Shown: positions 1 to 12,274 of the stretch, piece after piece
Layout of the letters: the number at the start of each line of letters is the position of its first letter
How positions within the stretch are numbered: the stretch's first letter is position 1
Assembly (NCBI RefSeq): GCF_964213995.1
Contig: NC_135809.1
Coordinates: 38,440,001-38,504,000, forward strand
Direction of reading: 5' to 3'
Source: Mustelus asterias
Lineage: Eukaryota
Length of the DNA stretch: 64,000 nucleotides
Made by a program: the position numbers and the translations under genes
The notes under the pieces: generated by a model
Told to the model about the DNA's origin: nothing
The model's input: only the letters and a program-made list of their open reading frames with translations
The model's database searches: none

Positions 1-1395
1 GGCCTCCTCATCAGCCTCTTAATTGCCTCAGCCCATTCATGCTGTTCTTGACCACTAGCTGGTCCCAGCTGGCACCCTATACATGGATCTCTGTGCCATC
101 AGTGACACTGAGTGCTCCATGTCACTCTTTCTGTATACATCTGTGCACTGCTCCTGTACCCAGGCGCTGATTCAGCTGTCCAAGCAGATGGCCACTCTCT
201 GTGCAGACACTCACTCATCAAATCCCTGAGCAATGACGGTGCACATGTACTGCAAGAACTCCTCCACTGCCTGCCCATGGCTCTGCAGGACCTTCAAATA
301 TACGATATTCAGGGACTTATCCGCCTCTGATTCTGCGGATAGACTCTTCTTGTTTGTGATACCCGAAGCCCAGCATCCTTTTCCTGCAGAGCATGGATAA
401 TTGTCAGTCCTCCATCCTCTGAGGGAGGCTGCTTACAGCTGACTCTGCCTCACTCTCCTGCTGTTCAGTCTGTGCTTCCTGTTCTAATTTGTGGCCCCAG
501 GTATAGCTTCGCTGGTGCATGCTGTGGACGTCTGATATAATGGTGCCAGCTCTGTGGAGTCTGCCCCCACCGAGGAGGCCGGCAACGTCTATTCCACTTT
601 GTCCTGTGCTGGTTGCTGGCGACACAAGAAGAGGAAAGGTGTTGAAGAGACAAGAGCACAACAAACCCCATTGATGAAAGCAGTCAAATAGCCAAGGGTG
701 CATTAGGCAGGAGTTTCCTCCATAACCTTCACCTGACGATGGAATTATCAAATTCTGTATGAAGCTCTGTCACACCGTCGCTAGTGGCCTAGTATCTGCA
801 CACTATCAGTACCACTACCTCCATTATGGTCCAAATGTCAAGGTCCGCCGCCACACCACTACCCATCTGAAAAATGTTCTTGCTCGCATGCACACTCTCT
901 TTTTCTGCAGTGTGAGGAAACAATTATTTATCAGGAGCCTGCCCTCCTTCACCTTCTTCAGCATGACACTCATATCAGATGTTGCCCGCAGTGCGAGAGA
1001 GGCATCGCAGAACCTTGGTGCCACCCATGGACACTTGCCCGTGCCAGCTTTGATCCGTTGCACACACTGCTGCACCTCATCGGTGAATGGCAAGCCCACG
1101 CATGGCTAGCATTTGCCTTTTGAAGGGACCCTTGGTTCCTGGGTTCTGCATCCAGGCTGCTCCCAATACCACTAATGGCTCACTGAACCTGGCCAAGTAC
1201 TAGTTAGATTACTGGATTTTCAACACTGTGTTGAACAATGGAGGAGAAGCATTGGTCGCTGCTCACTGAACCTGGCCAAATAGGTTCTAAATATAAGAGA
1301 ATCACATCGCGTCACTGATGCTGACGTGACAAAGGGCCAGGACTCTGAAATGATCAGAATGTGGAGTTCCTAACCCCAGATTGAAAATCTAGGCC
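1..1395 (-). mobile_element. Degraded Harbinger/PIF-like DNA transposon remnant (Myb/SANT-like ORF fragments)
   Basis: Minus-strand fragment 'PWVAPRFCDASL' resembles the 'APRFSDASL' start of Myb/SANT-like proteins in fish/shark Harbinger elements. The region ends in 'aaaatctaggcc' (~1384-1395), a TIR-like terminus. No intact ORF. Confidence 0.35.
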
Positions 1396-3950
1396 ACTCT
1401 CCCTCTTTCCTTTCTCTCCTATTTCTGTCTCTTTGAACCCACACTCTCTCTCTGTATTAGATTATAATAATAGAGAGCAAAACAAAAGCTACAAGAGTTG
1501 AGCAATCTGAGCAATTACAATTTTTTCACAGGAACACACATAACTATCTCAGAATAAAAAGTTCACCACTTGAAAGTTCTTTCTTCCAATCAGTAAATTG
1601 TATCATTGTAGTGGTTTGTGATAAAGGTTGACTTTGACTTTCAAGCAACTGAATGGCAGATGGCCCTGATTGACTGTTCATTCCAACAGCAAAGAGGTCC
1701 CCACAATTTTGAGACCCTGGCCTGACCTCAGTTAAATTTAGCAGACCAACTGTAAGGTGCAAGAAAGGTAACCAATGCCCACCAGGTTGAGATTGAAGAT
1801 TGGGCCGCAGCATCTCCTGCAACTCTGGGGCCCGCAGAAGTAATTTGACTGCTACCTTTGGCAACCCTTATTGGAGCTATCGCTTGTGGTATGGTCAGAA
1901 TATGCTTGGCACGTGACCATTTCTATTTATGTCTTCAGACCCCAATTTCCTTATTAAAGATTTATAGAGGCCTGAAGTCTGAAACAGACAACGACTATAG
2001 GCCTGACAGTGGATGGCATTCAAAACGGTGCTGACCATGCCATCAGTGCTAACACGGTGATAGGCTACAATATTTGAACCAAGCAAGGGGCAGTTCCCCA
2101 ACTGAACAGTAGAGGAGAAGCATTAGTCAGCCATGTCAAAGGCTTCAGACAGGCTGAGAAAGATGAGGAGGAATAGTTTACCATGAACACTGTCGCATTG
2201 GATGTTACTTGTAACTTTGATAAGATTGTTTTTATACTGTAACGGGAGCAGGAGCCTGAGGGGAGGGATTCAAACAGAAAGTTGCGGGAATGAGACTGAA
2301 GGAACAGGAATTGTGTCTCATGGACACGCTGAGATCAGAGTGGCTATGGGGCAGGCTAGGGGAGGTAGGGGGAAAGTAGAGAACGATGCAAATTTAGGTT
2401 CACCTTTGCTGTTCACCTACGTCTCTGGAATATTTTTCTTTACTTATTCATGGTTATTTTCAACTGATTTCCTTTAGGATATTGTATGTTGCAAAGTAAT
2501 CCACTAGAATTGACCTCCTGGGTGTTAGAAGAAGCATGTTGTAAGGGCAAGCCTTGCTCTCCCTTCTTTTTTATATGCTCGAGAGCTCAGTGAAGGATTC
2601 TTCAATATCGTTTGCTGTTTGGAGTCATTAGCAATTTAATCTCTTGTCCTATATATGGGACAAAAACAGTGGTGGACAATTAAAATAGAACAGCTAATAT
2701 GCTTTACCTGAGGGACTTACACTGCTGTCCCATGGTACCAAATTTCACCCGGATAGTTATTTTGCTTGTTGAAAAACCAGTCAGGTGGCATCGGATGAGA
2801 AACGCAGATTGTGGAAAGATCTCTCTGGCGATAGCTTTGACTTGCCTTGCATTTTGGTGGTCCAAAGACATGCTCTTGAAAACTTTAAGGTAAGCATCCA
2901 AAGTCACCCTGATTAATTGAATTCTTCCTCCTGAAAAGACTGACGTGCACCTACACGCTATGAGTGATATTTTGTCTGATTGCAGTGAAGTAGTGCTTCA
3001 AGGGAACTGTTAAGTGTGTTTACACTCCGGGGTGAACAATGCCTGGGCATGGTTGCTGCTGGAGTTGGCCAGGTATCAACCATTCAGAAAGCTTATCTTG
3101 CAAGTACATTGATGCAGCACCGCCAGCACCGGTCTGTATACATGTAGGAACAGGATAGAAAGGTGGAGACAGAAACTCTTCCTCTCGGTTCGACAGGGAG
3201 AACATGTTTGCTTTCGGAAAAGAGAACAAACACGAAGCAAAGCAATGAAAAATTGCTGAAGAACGGCAAGCAACACTGAAATAGGGCCACACTCCACCTA
3301 AAAGCATTTTGAAATATGAGAAGGCTTCACTGAGTTTAGAAAACCACATTATCTAACACACAAAATACTGAGAACTTTCAGCAGGTTAGTTATCATCTGT
3401 GGAGAAAACCTATGGATTAATAGGTTATTTAATTGTCTATTATAATTTTGTCTTTTAAAAAACATTTAGACAGTTACATGGGTAGGAAGTGTATAGAGGC
3501 ATATAGGCCAAACATGGGCAATTGGGGCTAGCTTAGTGGTTAAAAAAGGGCGGCATGGACAAGTTGGGCCGAAGGGCCTGTTTCCATGCTGTAAACCTCT
3601 ATGACTCTAATATTACAGGTACAGATTTACATTTATACAGCACTTCCTACAATCTCAGAACGTTTCAAAAGTGCTTTTGAGCCAACAAAATACTTTTGAA
3701 GAATGGTCACTATTGCAGGAGGTGAGATAGACTATTTACACACAACAGGGTCCTACAGCCAGCAATGTGATCATAACCAAATCGTCTGTTTCAATGATTT
3801 TGGCTGGAGGATAAAAATAAATTATTTCCATTGGACGCCTTGATGTCAATTGATGCTAATCGGGGCTCCTCCTCCACCATAAACTGACCAAACTTTTTTT
3901 TAAATTCATTCCTGAGACATGGGCGTGGCTGGCTGGCCAGCATTTATTAC

Positions 3951-4211
3951 AGTAAGAAATTTAACAACACCAGGTTAAAGTCCAACAGGTTTATTTGGTA
4001 GCAAAAGCCACACAAGCTTTCGGAGCTGCAAGCCCCTTCTTCAGGTGAGTGGGAATTCTGTTCACAAACAGGGCATATAAAGACACAAACTCAATTTACA
4101 TGAATAATGGTTGGAATGTGAATACTTACAGCTAATCAAGTCTTTAAGATACAAACAATGTGAGTGGAGAGAGCATCAAGACAGGCTAAAGAGATGTGTA
4201 TATCTCCACAT
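3951..4211 (-). mobile_element. Penelope-like pLTR fragment (family A) with hammerhead motif, inserted in a CR1-type 3' end
   Basis: Reverse complement of the family-A pLTR seen at ~9800-10045 and 6100-6395, plus tail end 'tctccacatca'. Flanked by direct repeat CAGCATTTATTAC (3938-3950 / 4212-4224). Confidence 0.8.
4008..4052 (-). ncRNA. Minimal type I hammerhead ribozyme motif
   Basis: Minus strand reads ccactcac-CTGAAGA-a-GGGGC ttgca GCTCC-GAAAGCTT-gtgtgg. Confidence 0.65.
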
Positions 4212-4696
4212 CAGCATTTATTACCCATACCTGGTCACCCTTGAACTGAGTGGCTTGCTAGGTCATTTCAGAGGACACTTGAGAGTCAACCATATGGCTG
4301 AGGCTCTGGAGTCACATTAGGCCAGACCAGGTAAGGACGGCAGATTTCCTTCCCTAAAAGATATTAGAGAACCAGATAGGTGTTTCAGACATTCGACAAT
4401 GGTTTCATGGTCATCAGTTTTAATTCCAGATACTTTTTATTGAATTCAAATTACACCATCCACCATGGCGTGATTCGAACCCAGGTCCCCAGAACATTAG
4501 CTAAGTTTTTGGATTAATAGGCCAGCTTTAATATCACTAGGCTAGCGCCTCCCCAATTGTTTTGAGTTTTTATTTAAAATCTTCCCCCTCTCAAATATCA
4601 CAAATTGTACAGAATAAAACAGCAGCTTTTGCGACAGAACACCACAAAAATGAAAAAGGGAACAAGGAGCAATAGCCAGTGGTTATGACCTGGAAT

Positions 4697-4993
4697 CACT
4701 GCAGAAGAGGCCATTTGGCCCATCGAATCTGCACCAACTCTCTGACAGTGCATCTTACCCAGTCCCCTGCCCTATCACTGTAACACCTAGATGGCTAATC
4801 CATCTATCCTAAGGGGTAATTTAGCATGGCCAATCCACCTAACCCGCACATCTTTGGAGTGTGGGAGGAAACCCACCCAGACACAGGGAGAATGTGCAAA
4901 CTCCACACAGACAGTCACCCAAGGCCGGAATTGAACCAGGGTCCCTGGAGCTTTGAGACATCAGTGCTAACCACTGTGCCACCATGCTGCCCC
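4697..4993 (-). mobile_element. HE1-like tRNA-derived V-SINE
   Basis: Minus-strand tRNA-like head (GGTGGCACAGTGGTTAGCAC...GGTTCAATTCC), central 'gtgtggagtttgcacattctcc' domain and CR1-like tail. Near-identical copies occur elsewhere in the window. Confidence 0.85.
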
Positions 4994-5136
4994 ATGTCAA
5001 CTTGTAATAGAACATGGTGACAACATGCATGTGACCGGGGCCTAACAGTTAAAAATAACATCTGGATGCAGAGCAGTCTGGAGATGTCCCATAGTACTGT
5101 AGTAATAGAAATGCCTTACTTATGTTCCATGGATTA

Positions 5137-6430
5137 GTTGCATTCTTGGACACACGCATCTCCATCAAGGACGGTCACCTCAGCACTTCACTGTACCACA
5201 AGCCCACAGATAACCTCACAATGCCCCACTTCTGCAGCTTCCACCCTAAACACGTTAAAGAAGCCATCCCCTACGGACAAGCCCACCGAATACACAGGAT
5301 CTGCTCAGATAAGGAGGATCGCAACAGACACCTCCAGATGCTGAAAGATGTCCTCTTAAGAATAGGATATGGCGCTCAACTCATCGATCGACAGTTCCGA
5401 CGCGCCACAGCGAAAAACCACACCGACCTCAGAAGACAAACACGGGACACGGCGGACAGAGCACCCTTCGTCGTCCAGTACTTCCCGGAGCGGAGAAGCT
5501 ACGACATCTTCTCCTGAGCCTTCAACATGTCATTGATGAAGACGAACATCTCGCCAAGGCCATCCCCACACCCCCACTTCTTGCCTTCAAACAACTGCAC
5601 AACCTCAAACAGACCATTGTCCGCAGCAAACTACCCAGCCTTCAGGAGAACAGTGACCACGACACCACACAACCCTGCCACAGCAACCTCTGCAAGACGT
5701 GCCGAATCATCGACACGGATGCCATCATCTCACATGAGAACACCATCCACCAGGTACACGGTACATACACTTCCAACTCGGCCAATGTTGTCTACCTGAT
5801 ACGCTGCAGGAAAGGATGTCCCGAGGCATGGTACACTGGGGAGACCATGCAGACACTATGCCAACGGATGAATGAACACCACTCGACAATCACCAGGCAA
5901 GTGTGTTCTCTCCCAGTTGGGGAACACTTCAGCGGTCACGGGCATTCGGCCTCTGATCTTCGGGTAAGCGTTCTCCAAGGTGGCCTTCACGACACACGAC
6001 ATCGCAGAGTCCCTGAACAGAGACTGATAGCCAAGTTCCGCACACATGAGGACGGCCTCAACCGGGATCTTGGGTTCATGTCACACTATCTGTAACCCCC
6101 ACGATTTGCCTGAGCTTGCAAAATCTCACTAACTGTCCTGGCTGGAGACAATACACATCTCTTTAACCTGTGCTTAACCCTCCACTTACGTTGTCTGTAC
6201 TTTTAAGACATGATTACCTGTAAAGACTCGCATTCCAACCATTATTTTGTAAATTGAGTTTGTGTCTTTATATGCCCTGTTTGTGAACAGAACTCCCACT
6301 CACCTGATGAAGGGGCAGCGCTCCGAAAGCTAGTGGCTTTTGCTACCAAATAAACCTGTTGGACTTTAACCTGGTGTTGTGAGCCTTCTTACTGTGTTTA
6401 CCCCAGTCCAACGCTGGCATCTCCACATCA
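5137..6430 (+). mobile_element. Penelope-like retroelement, 5'-truncated: RT C-terminus, GIY-YIG endonuclease, pLTR and tail
   Basis: Frameshifted ORF pieces: FLDTRISIKDGHLSTSLYHKPTD...AIPYGQAHRIHRICS (RT thumb), and ANVVYLIRCRKGCPEAWYTGETMQTLCQRMNEH...VGEHF...EQRLIAKFRTHEDGLN (GIY-YIG). Followed by a pLTR with a hammerhead and a ~37-bp tail ending 'catctccacatca'. Confidence 0.9.
6296..6336 (+). ncRNA. Minimal type I hammerhead ribozyme motif in the Penelope pLTR
   Basis: ccactcac-CTGATGA-a-GGGGC agc GCTCC-GAAAGCTA-gtgg: intact core boxes, stem II, and stem I cac/gtg. Confidence 0.7.
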
Positions 6431-7429
6431 TTAGATATTATTTCTCAGGTTATATGGAGACCTAGAAACATGCTTCAGAGAATGCCAAGTCATAGCAGTG
6501 ATGCGCCTGATATGTGGAAATCTGTTGCTTGTCCAATGTGTTGATAAACTACTTAGTTTCCAATATGACAATGAGTATAACGATCACCATAAAATATGTG
6601 ATGCATTATATGCTTTATTTCATGTTCATTACAGACTACTTTTGATTTGAATGAATTACAAATTGAGATTCATCCTGGCTGTACATCTTTGCTGCAAATC
6701 GGGCTTAAGATCCCAATAATCTTTCCCAAAGATTTCCCAAAATATTTGTTATGAGACCACACCCCTCCCTCTGCTGGAGTTCAGTCTCTGCTCTTTGTTT
6801 TGACTTCTTTTGAAGGTTTTAGTAACATTTCAAAATAAAGTCTGGAAGCCATAATCAAAGCCTCTTACAGGTTTAAAGAAAGGACTTTGATGTAAGCTGC
6901 TTAATGCTCCCAGCTCTCTCACTGACATTCAAAGATGTATGGCTTAATCTAGTAATGACAAGATTGCAAGCCTGATTAAAAAGCATAAAGCACAGATTGT
7001 AGCTGTACAAACAATCACACAAATTGAAAAAATCCCTCAACCAAGGATATTGGGGAGCCACCAAGAAATACTGGGTTGGTTGCACTTATTTAGACGGATG
7101 CTGCTGGAAACCCTAATGGAGGTTCAATAGGAAGGATTAAATCTATTACATTTTATAATTATTTTAATAATTATTTTATCATCATTACTCGCAGCTGACA
7201 AATGGAATTGGACTTGCTCCTTAATGGAAAGGAGCTCAGAGGAATCAGTGGGAAAATCGATAGCTGCAAACTGAAGAGACGAGCCAGAAGAGGGGTAGAT
7301 ATCTACCTTAACAATAAAGTCAACCCTGGGAATCCACAGCTTACACTGTGAGGAGTCTGGGAGAATTGTTAAAAGAACCCACTGCACTCTAAAGGAAACT
7401 GATCCTGAAAATCCATGATCAACATTGAA

Positions 7430-7810
7430 AGGGGCATTGGAGATGGTCAATATGAAAAAATAAAACAACTGTTAGATAACTGGAGGTGGGTGATGGGTGT
7501 ATGGTATGTCATATAGGCAGCTGAGGTTCGTATGTGTTAAACAGTGAAGCATGGGAGGCTGGCCAGGAGTGCCTTAGAATAATTGAGTCTGGGGATGTCA
7601 AAGGCAAAGATTAAGGTTTCAATAGCAACAGGCTGCGGTAGAAATCGAGGAGTCCAACTAAAATGGTATTAAACAAGTCAAGCCTTGAGGTAATGAAAGT
7701 GTGGGTGAGGGTTTCAGTGGCAGAAGGGGAGAGAAAGGATAGAAGCATGCAGTGTTGTAGTGTTGCAACTGTTTTGGTAATGGAGGAAAAAATATGTATT
7801 TTCACATTGG
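7430..7810 (-). mobile_element. L2 LINE remnant
   Basis: Minus-strand peptide SPSATETLTHTFITSRLDLFNTILVGL matches the L2 ORF2 C-terminal motif (AETLIHAFVTSRLDYxN). Confidence 0.6.
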
Positions 7811-8350
7811 GAGTGATGCTGATAAGGGTGAATTTTTATCCGTCGCTAATTGCTCTGAGAGATGATGGTGGACCTTGTTCTAAAACTGCTGCAAACTTTA
7901 TGGTTATGGAGCTCCCACAAGCTGAGTTCAGGGTCAAGCAGGACACCAATGCTCCTCAGATCCAGGCTCAGCTTGAGGAGGCAGCTAAAGGTTAGCGGAC
8001 TGGGGGCCTGATCCTCGGAGCTGCAGGTGGGATATCTGGTGTATGTATTGGCTCATTCAGGAATTGACATCAGACATGCAATTTGTTTGGTAACATTGTA
8101 CAGCATGATTTCCAGGTCAATATAACAATATTGCTGCTTGGTGACAATAACTCCTTATAGTGCACTTTAGCAACTGAAATGTTTGAAATCATCCATATAA
8201 ATTAGATATATCAACACAATTCCATTAATTCAGATTGATAGCTTTCAAAGCAGAATAATTTTGACCTTTGACATTACATAATTGTCATTGGGGAAATTTA
8301 ATTTTGACTTGTGATCTATACTATCTAGTCTCCTGCACACATATACATAT

Positions 8351-8917
8351 AGTAAGAAGTCTCACAACACCAGGTTAAAGTCCAACAGGTTTATTTGGTA
8401 GCAAATACCATTCGGAGCACTGCTCCTTCGTCAGATGGAGTGGATATCTGCTCTCAAACAGTGCACAGACACAGAAATCAAGTTACAGAATACTAATTAG
8501 AATGCAAATCTCTACAGCCAGCCAGGTCTTAAAGGTACAGACAATGTGGGTGGAGGGAGCATTCAACACAGGTTAAAGAGATGTGTATTGTCTCCAGACA
8601 GAACAGCTAGTGAGTGTTCTGTCTGGAGACAATACACATCTCTTTAACCTGTGTTGAATGCTCCCTCCACCCACATTGTCTGTACCTTTAAGACCTGGCT
8701 GGCTGTAGAGATTTGCATTCTAATTAGTATTCTGTAACTTGATTTCTGTGTCTGTGCACTGTTTGAGAGCAGATATCCACTCCATCTGACGAAGGAGCAG
8801 CGCTCCGAAAGCTTATGGTATTTGCTACCAAATAAACCTGTTGGACTTTAACCTGGTGTTGTGAGACTTCTTACTGTGCTTACCCCAGTCCAACGCCGGC
8901 ATCTCCACATCATGACT
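8351..8917. mobile_element. Penelope pLTR fold-back (inverted partial pLTR + pLTR + tail), family A
   Basis: ~255-bp near-perfect inverted arms (8351-8605 / 8615-8875) around a short spacer. Tail 'gtgcttaccccagtccaacgccggcatctccacatcatgac' is present on the right arm only. Confidence 0.85.
8782..8818 (+). ncRNA. Minimal type I hammerhead ribozyme motif
   Basis: ccat-CTGACGA-a-GGAGC agc GCTCC-GAAAGCTT-atgg. Stem I is ccat/atgg, compensatory relative to cac/gtg in other copies. Confidence 0.7.
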
Positions 8918-9049
8918 ACATATATATACACATACACGTTCATACAAGGTACATGTTCCCTTTCATTGGCAGACAAACACAGTGGAAAAGAAGGAACTGG
9001 CGCACTCCTGTGACAGATAACCATTATTGTAAATTTCTATGCAATGAGT

Positions 9050-9565
9050 GCCAGCTGTGTCTCATTTGGTAGCACCCTCTGAGTCACAGGGCTTTAGGTT
9101 CAAGTCTAACTCCAGTGTTTGAGCACAAATATCAAAGCCGACAATCGGTATAGTATTAACGGAGTGCTGCATTGTTAGAGGCACAGTCCTTTCCAATGAG
9201 ACATTAAACTGAGGTCCTGTGCATTCTTGCCAGGTGGATATAAAGTTAAAGTTTAAAGTTTATTTATTAGTCACAAGTAAGGCTTACATTAACACTGCAA
9301 TGAAGTTACTGTGAAAAATCCCATGCCACTATTTCAAAGAAGAGCATGGGAGTTATCCCGGTATCCTGTCCAATGTTTATCTTCTAATCCACATCACAAA
9401 AACAAAAATATCTCATCATCATATTGCTGTTTGTGGGAGTTTGCTGTGTGCAAATGGATTGTTGCATTTTGTACATTACAATAATGATGTAGACTTCATT
9501 GTCAGTAACGTATTGTGGACTGTGCTGTGCTTGTGAAAGTCACTATATAAATGTATGTCTTTCCT
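9050..9565 (+). mobile_element. SacSINE1/DeuSINE-like tRNA-derived SINE, interrupted by a SINE tail fragment at ~9243-9315
   Basis: tRNA-like head (ggtagcac...ggttcaagtc) and Deu-domain-like 'gagtgctgcattg...gagacattaaactgagg...aggtggata...atcccatgccactatttc'. Confidence 0.65.
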
Positions 9566-9590
9566 CTGACAACAATGGTAAAGATATTAA

Positions 9591-10045
9591 TTACGGTCAC
9601 GGGCATTCGGCCTCTGATATTCGGGTAAGCGTTCTCCAAGGCGGCCTTCGCGACACATGACGGCGCAGAGTCGCTGAGCAGAAACTGATAGCCAAGTTCC
9701 GCACACACGAGGACGGCCTCAACCGGGATATTGGGTTCATGTCACACTATCTGTAACCCCCACAGAGTTTCACTGGCTGTCTTGTCTGGAGACAATACAC
9801 ATCTTTTTAGCCTGTCTTGATGCTCTCTCCACTCACATTGTTTTGTTTCTTAAAGACTTGATTAGTTGTAAGTATTCGCATTCCAACCATTATTCATGTA
9901 AATTGAGTCTGTGTCTTTATATGCTCTGTTTGTGAACAGAATTCCCACTCACCTGAAGAAGGGGCTTGCAGCTCCGAAAGCTTGTGTGGCTTTTGCTACC
10001 AAATAAACCTGTTGGACTTTAACCTGGTGTTGTTAAACTTCTTAC
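9591..10045 (+). mobile_element. Penelope-like 3' fragment (endonuclease C-terminus + pLTR with hammerhead at 9945-9989)
   Basis: Homologous to 5933-6392. Exact 12-bp TSD TAAAGATATTAA (9579-9590 / 10046-10057). Confidence 0.85.
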
Positions 10046-10652
10046 TAAAGATATTAAGACAGAATGCATTGCTGCTAATTATCTAAAATAATATAAATCG
10101 AGATTTACAATGAGGAATTGCTGGCTTACAAGTAGAAATACTGACTGATGCTGTACCTTTAAAATGATTTATCTGTCCACTGAATGAAGCAATCACCCCT
10201 ATGCCTCTACCTACTGCATGAGATTAGAGATAGACCAGTACTAGATCATATCAACTCTCTGCGCACACTTTCCGATAACTGCCAAAGTGAGCTCATCAGC
10301 TGAATGATCAGAGGCTGGGTGATGCAGCATGTGTGCCCTGGATTCTACATGAAATGAGGTTGAAATATTCTCAACTTGGTTCACGTTGGTATGAATCCAC
10401 AGTACAAATTATAAATTAAGGGCTTGGAGTGCAACCAGATAAGCTGTGACCCTTTAGTGCAGCCCCTTTAGACACTGAACGTGGTGAGTGCTGTCCCATC
10501 AGACCTGCAGCCATTTGAAAATAACAACTTGCACTTCTACGTAGTACCAAAGTTTAGTGATGAGTCATGTCACCATCAAGGTGAAATATGGCATTGCTGC
10601 AGAATGAAACTTTTCACTTTTGCACTGAGCAAAATTAACATTCAGCACTCCT

Positions 10653-10955
10653 AGAGAATCATAGAATCCCTACAGTGCAGAAGGAGGCCATTCGGCCCAT
10701 CAAGACTGCACTGGAGACAATCCCACCCAGGCCCTATCCCCATAACCCCACATATTTACCCTAGCTAGTCCCCCTGTCTCTTAGAGGCAATTTAGCATGG
10801 GCAATCCACCTAACATCTTTGGACAGTGGGAGGAGACCCAGAGGAAACCCACGCAGACATGGGCAGAATGTGCAAACTCCACACAGTCACCCGAGGCCAG
10901 ATTGAACGTAGGTCCTTGGCGCCATGAGGCAGCAGGACTCACCATCACGCCGTCC
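10653..10955 (-). mobile_element. HE1-like V-SINE
   Basis: Same head, central domain and tail as 4697-4993. Confidence 0.8.
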
Positions 10956-12274
10956 TAGTGCTGCACTAACACCAGGTAAGTTCCTCCATTTTTAAGCATA
11001 AACATTTTGGATGCAGCAAGACTAAGAGCACTGTACAAAATTACATGGTAAAAATTTCGAGGGAGAAGAAAGAAAAACTATCAGGTCAAACAAGATTGCT
11101 TTGTGATTAATGGCCACCCTTCAAGAAGAGGACTCTGAGACTCTACCGCACAGTAGAAGAGGAAAATTGGCAAGATAAAAGGTAATACAACTAAATTAAA
11201 CCAATGTTCAATTTAATATGCAAAATTTCCCACCACTAGAAACAAATGAACTCTGCATTTTTGCCTAAGGGTAATATACCTGTTAGAAGGCTGTATAATT
11301 GCACTGTTGTTTTTGATGGCAATTGATTCTCTCAGGTTCCAATGAATGGGAATGCTTTACATGCCTCAGTCAGCTGTTAAGCAGCTGAACTTTCAAGGGT
11401 AACATCTGCTTTAGGCAAATGACATGAAACACTTTCTTATATTGTAACTTGTAGTTACAATTTCATCAGATCCTTTGTGCAAGAAGAAGAAGAACTCATT
11501 AAGAGTTACTATATCATTAAGAGGAAATGCACAGGACATCCAATTTAGGATTTCTTTTTAAACTTGAGAAGAGATTGTAATTAGTGATGAACCACAGCTT
11601 AATTGAACCCTGAGCCTAGACTTGGCCTTTGAATTCTTGCTTATTCTATCAAGAAACCTTTCACAAAACTTCCATATCGAGTCAGGAGGTGCGGGAATGC
11701 CCCTCTGTTCCACAGTACTCCTGATGGCCTCTGTCAGGCTGCAATCACTTTAATATTCTTCTCCCACCCTGTAGTTGACCGAAAGCTGGTGGTCAGCTTA
11801 CGCCAGCAAGGCAGACAGACTAAATTTGATCTATGAGAGAAGGAGCAGTGCAAGGGAAATTGAGTTGTTGGACTGGGAGTTGCAGAGGGGTTATAGGGGC
11901 ACAGGAGCCATGAGGTTGAGGTCAGGAGGCCTTGGGTCACAGTGTGATTGGGCAGGAAGCATAAGGTGGCAGGCCGGGAGGCAGTAGCATCAAGTCCAGC
12001 AACCACATACAGGTCACGTGGATAGAACTGAGTATAAGCTGTAAGCCAGACCGCTAGTGCAGGTGGGTTTACCGGGTAGAACATGATGTGTGACCCAAAA
12101 CTGGGCAAGAGTATTCATGTTAAATGAGGTTGGAAGATAACCACAAGCCTTGATGGTGTGCTCTGCAAATGAATTAAACCATTGAGACTCATCCTTTTCC
12201 CTTGCTGCTGATAATGGTATAAATGCACACAATTTTCACCCTTTGTGACTCCTCACATACTGAAGCAATCCGTC

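Noticed and set aside
2400-3350. Non-repetitive stretch with a strong donor (AAG|GTAAGC at ~2889) as a possible exon or enhancer
   Set aside because: No recognisable protein homology or partner exons, so it cannot be supported from sequence alone.
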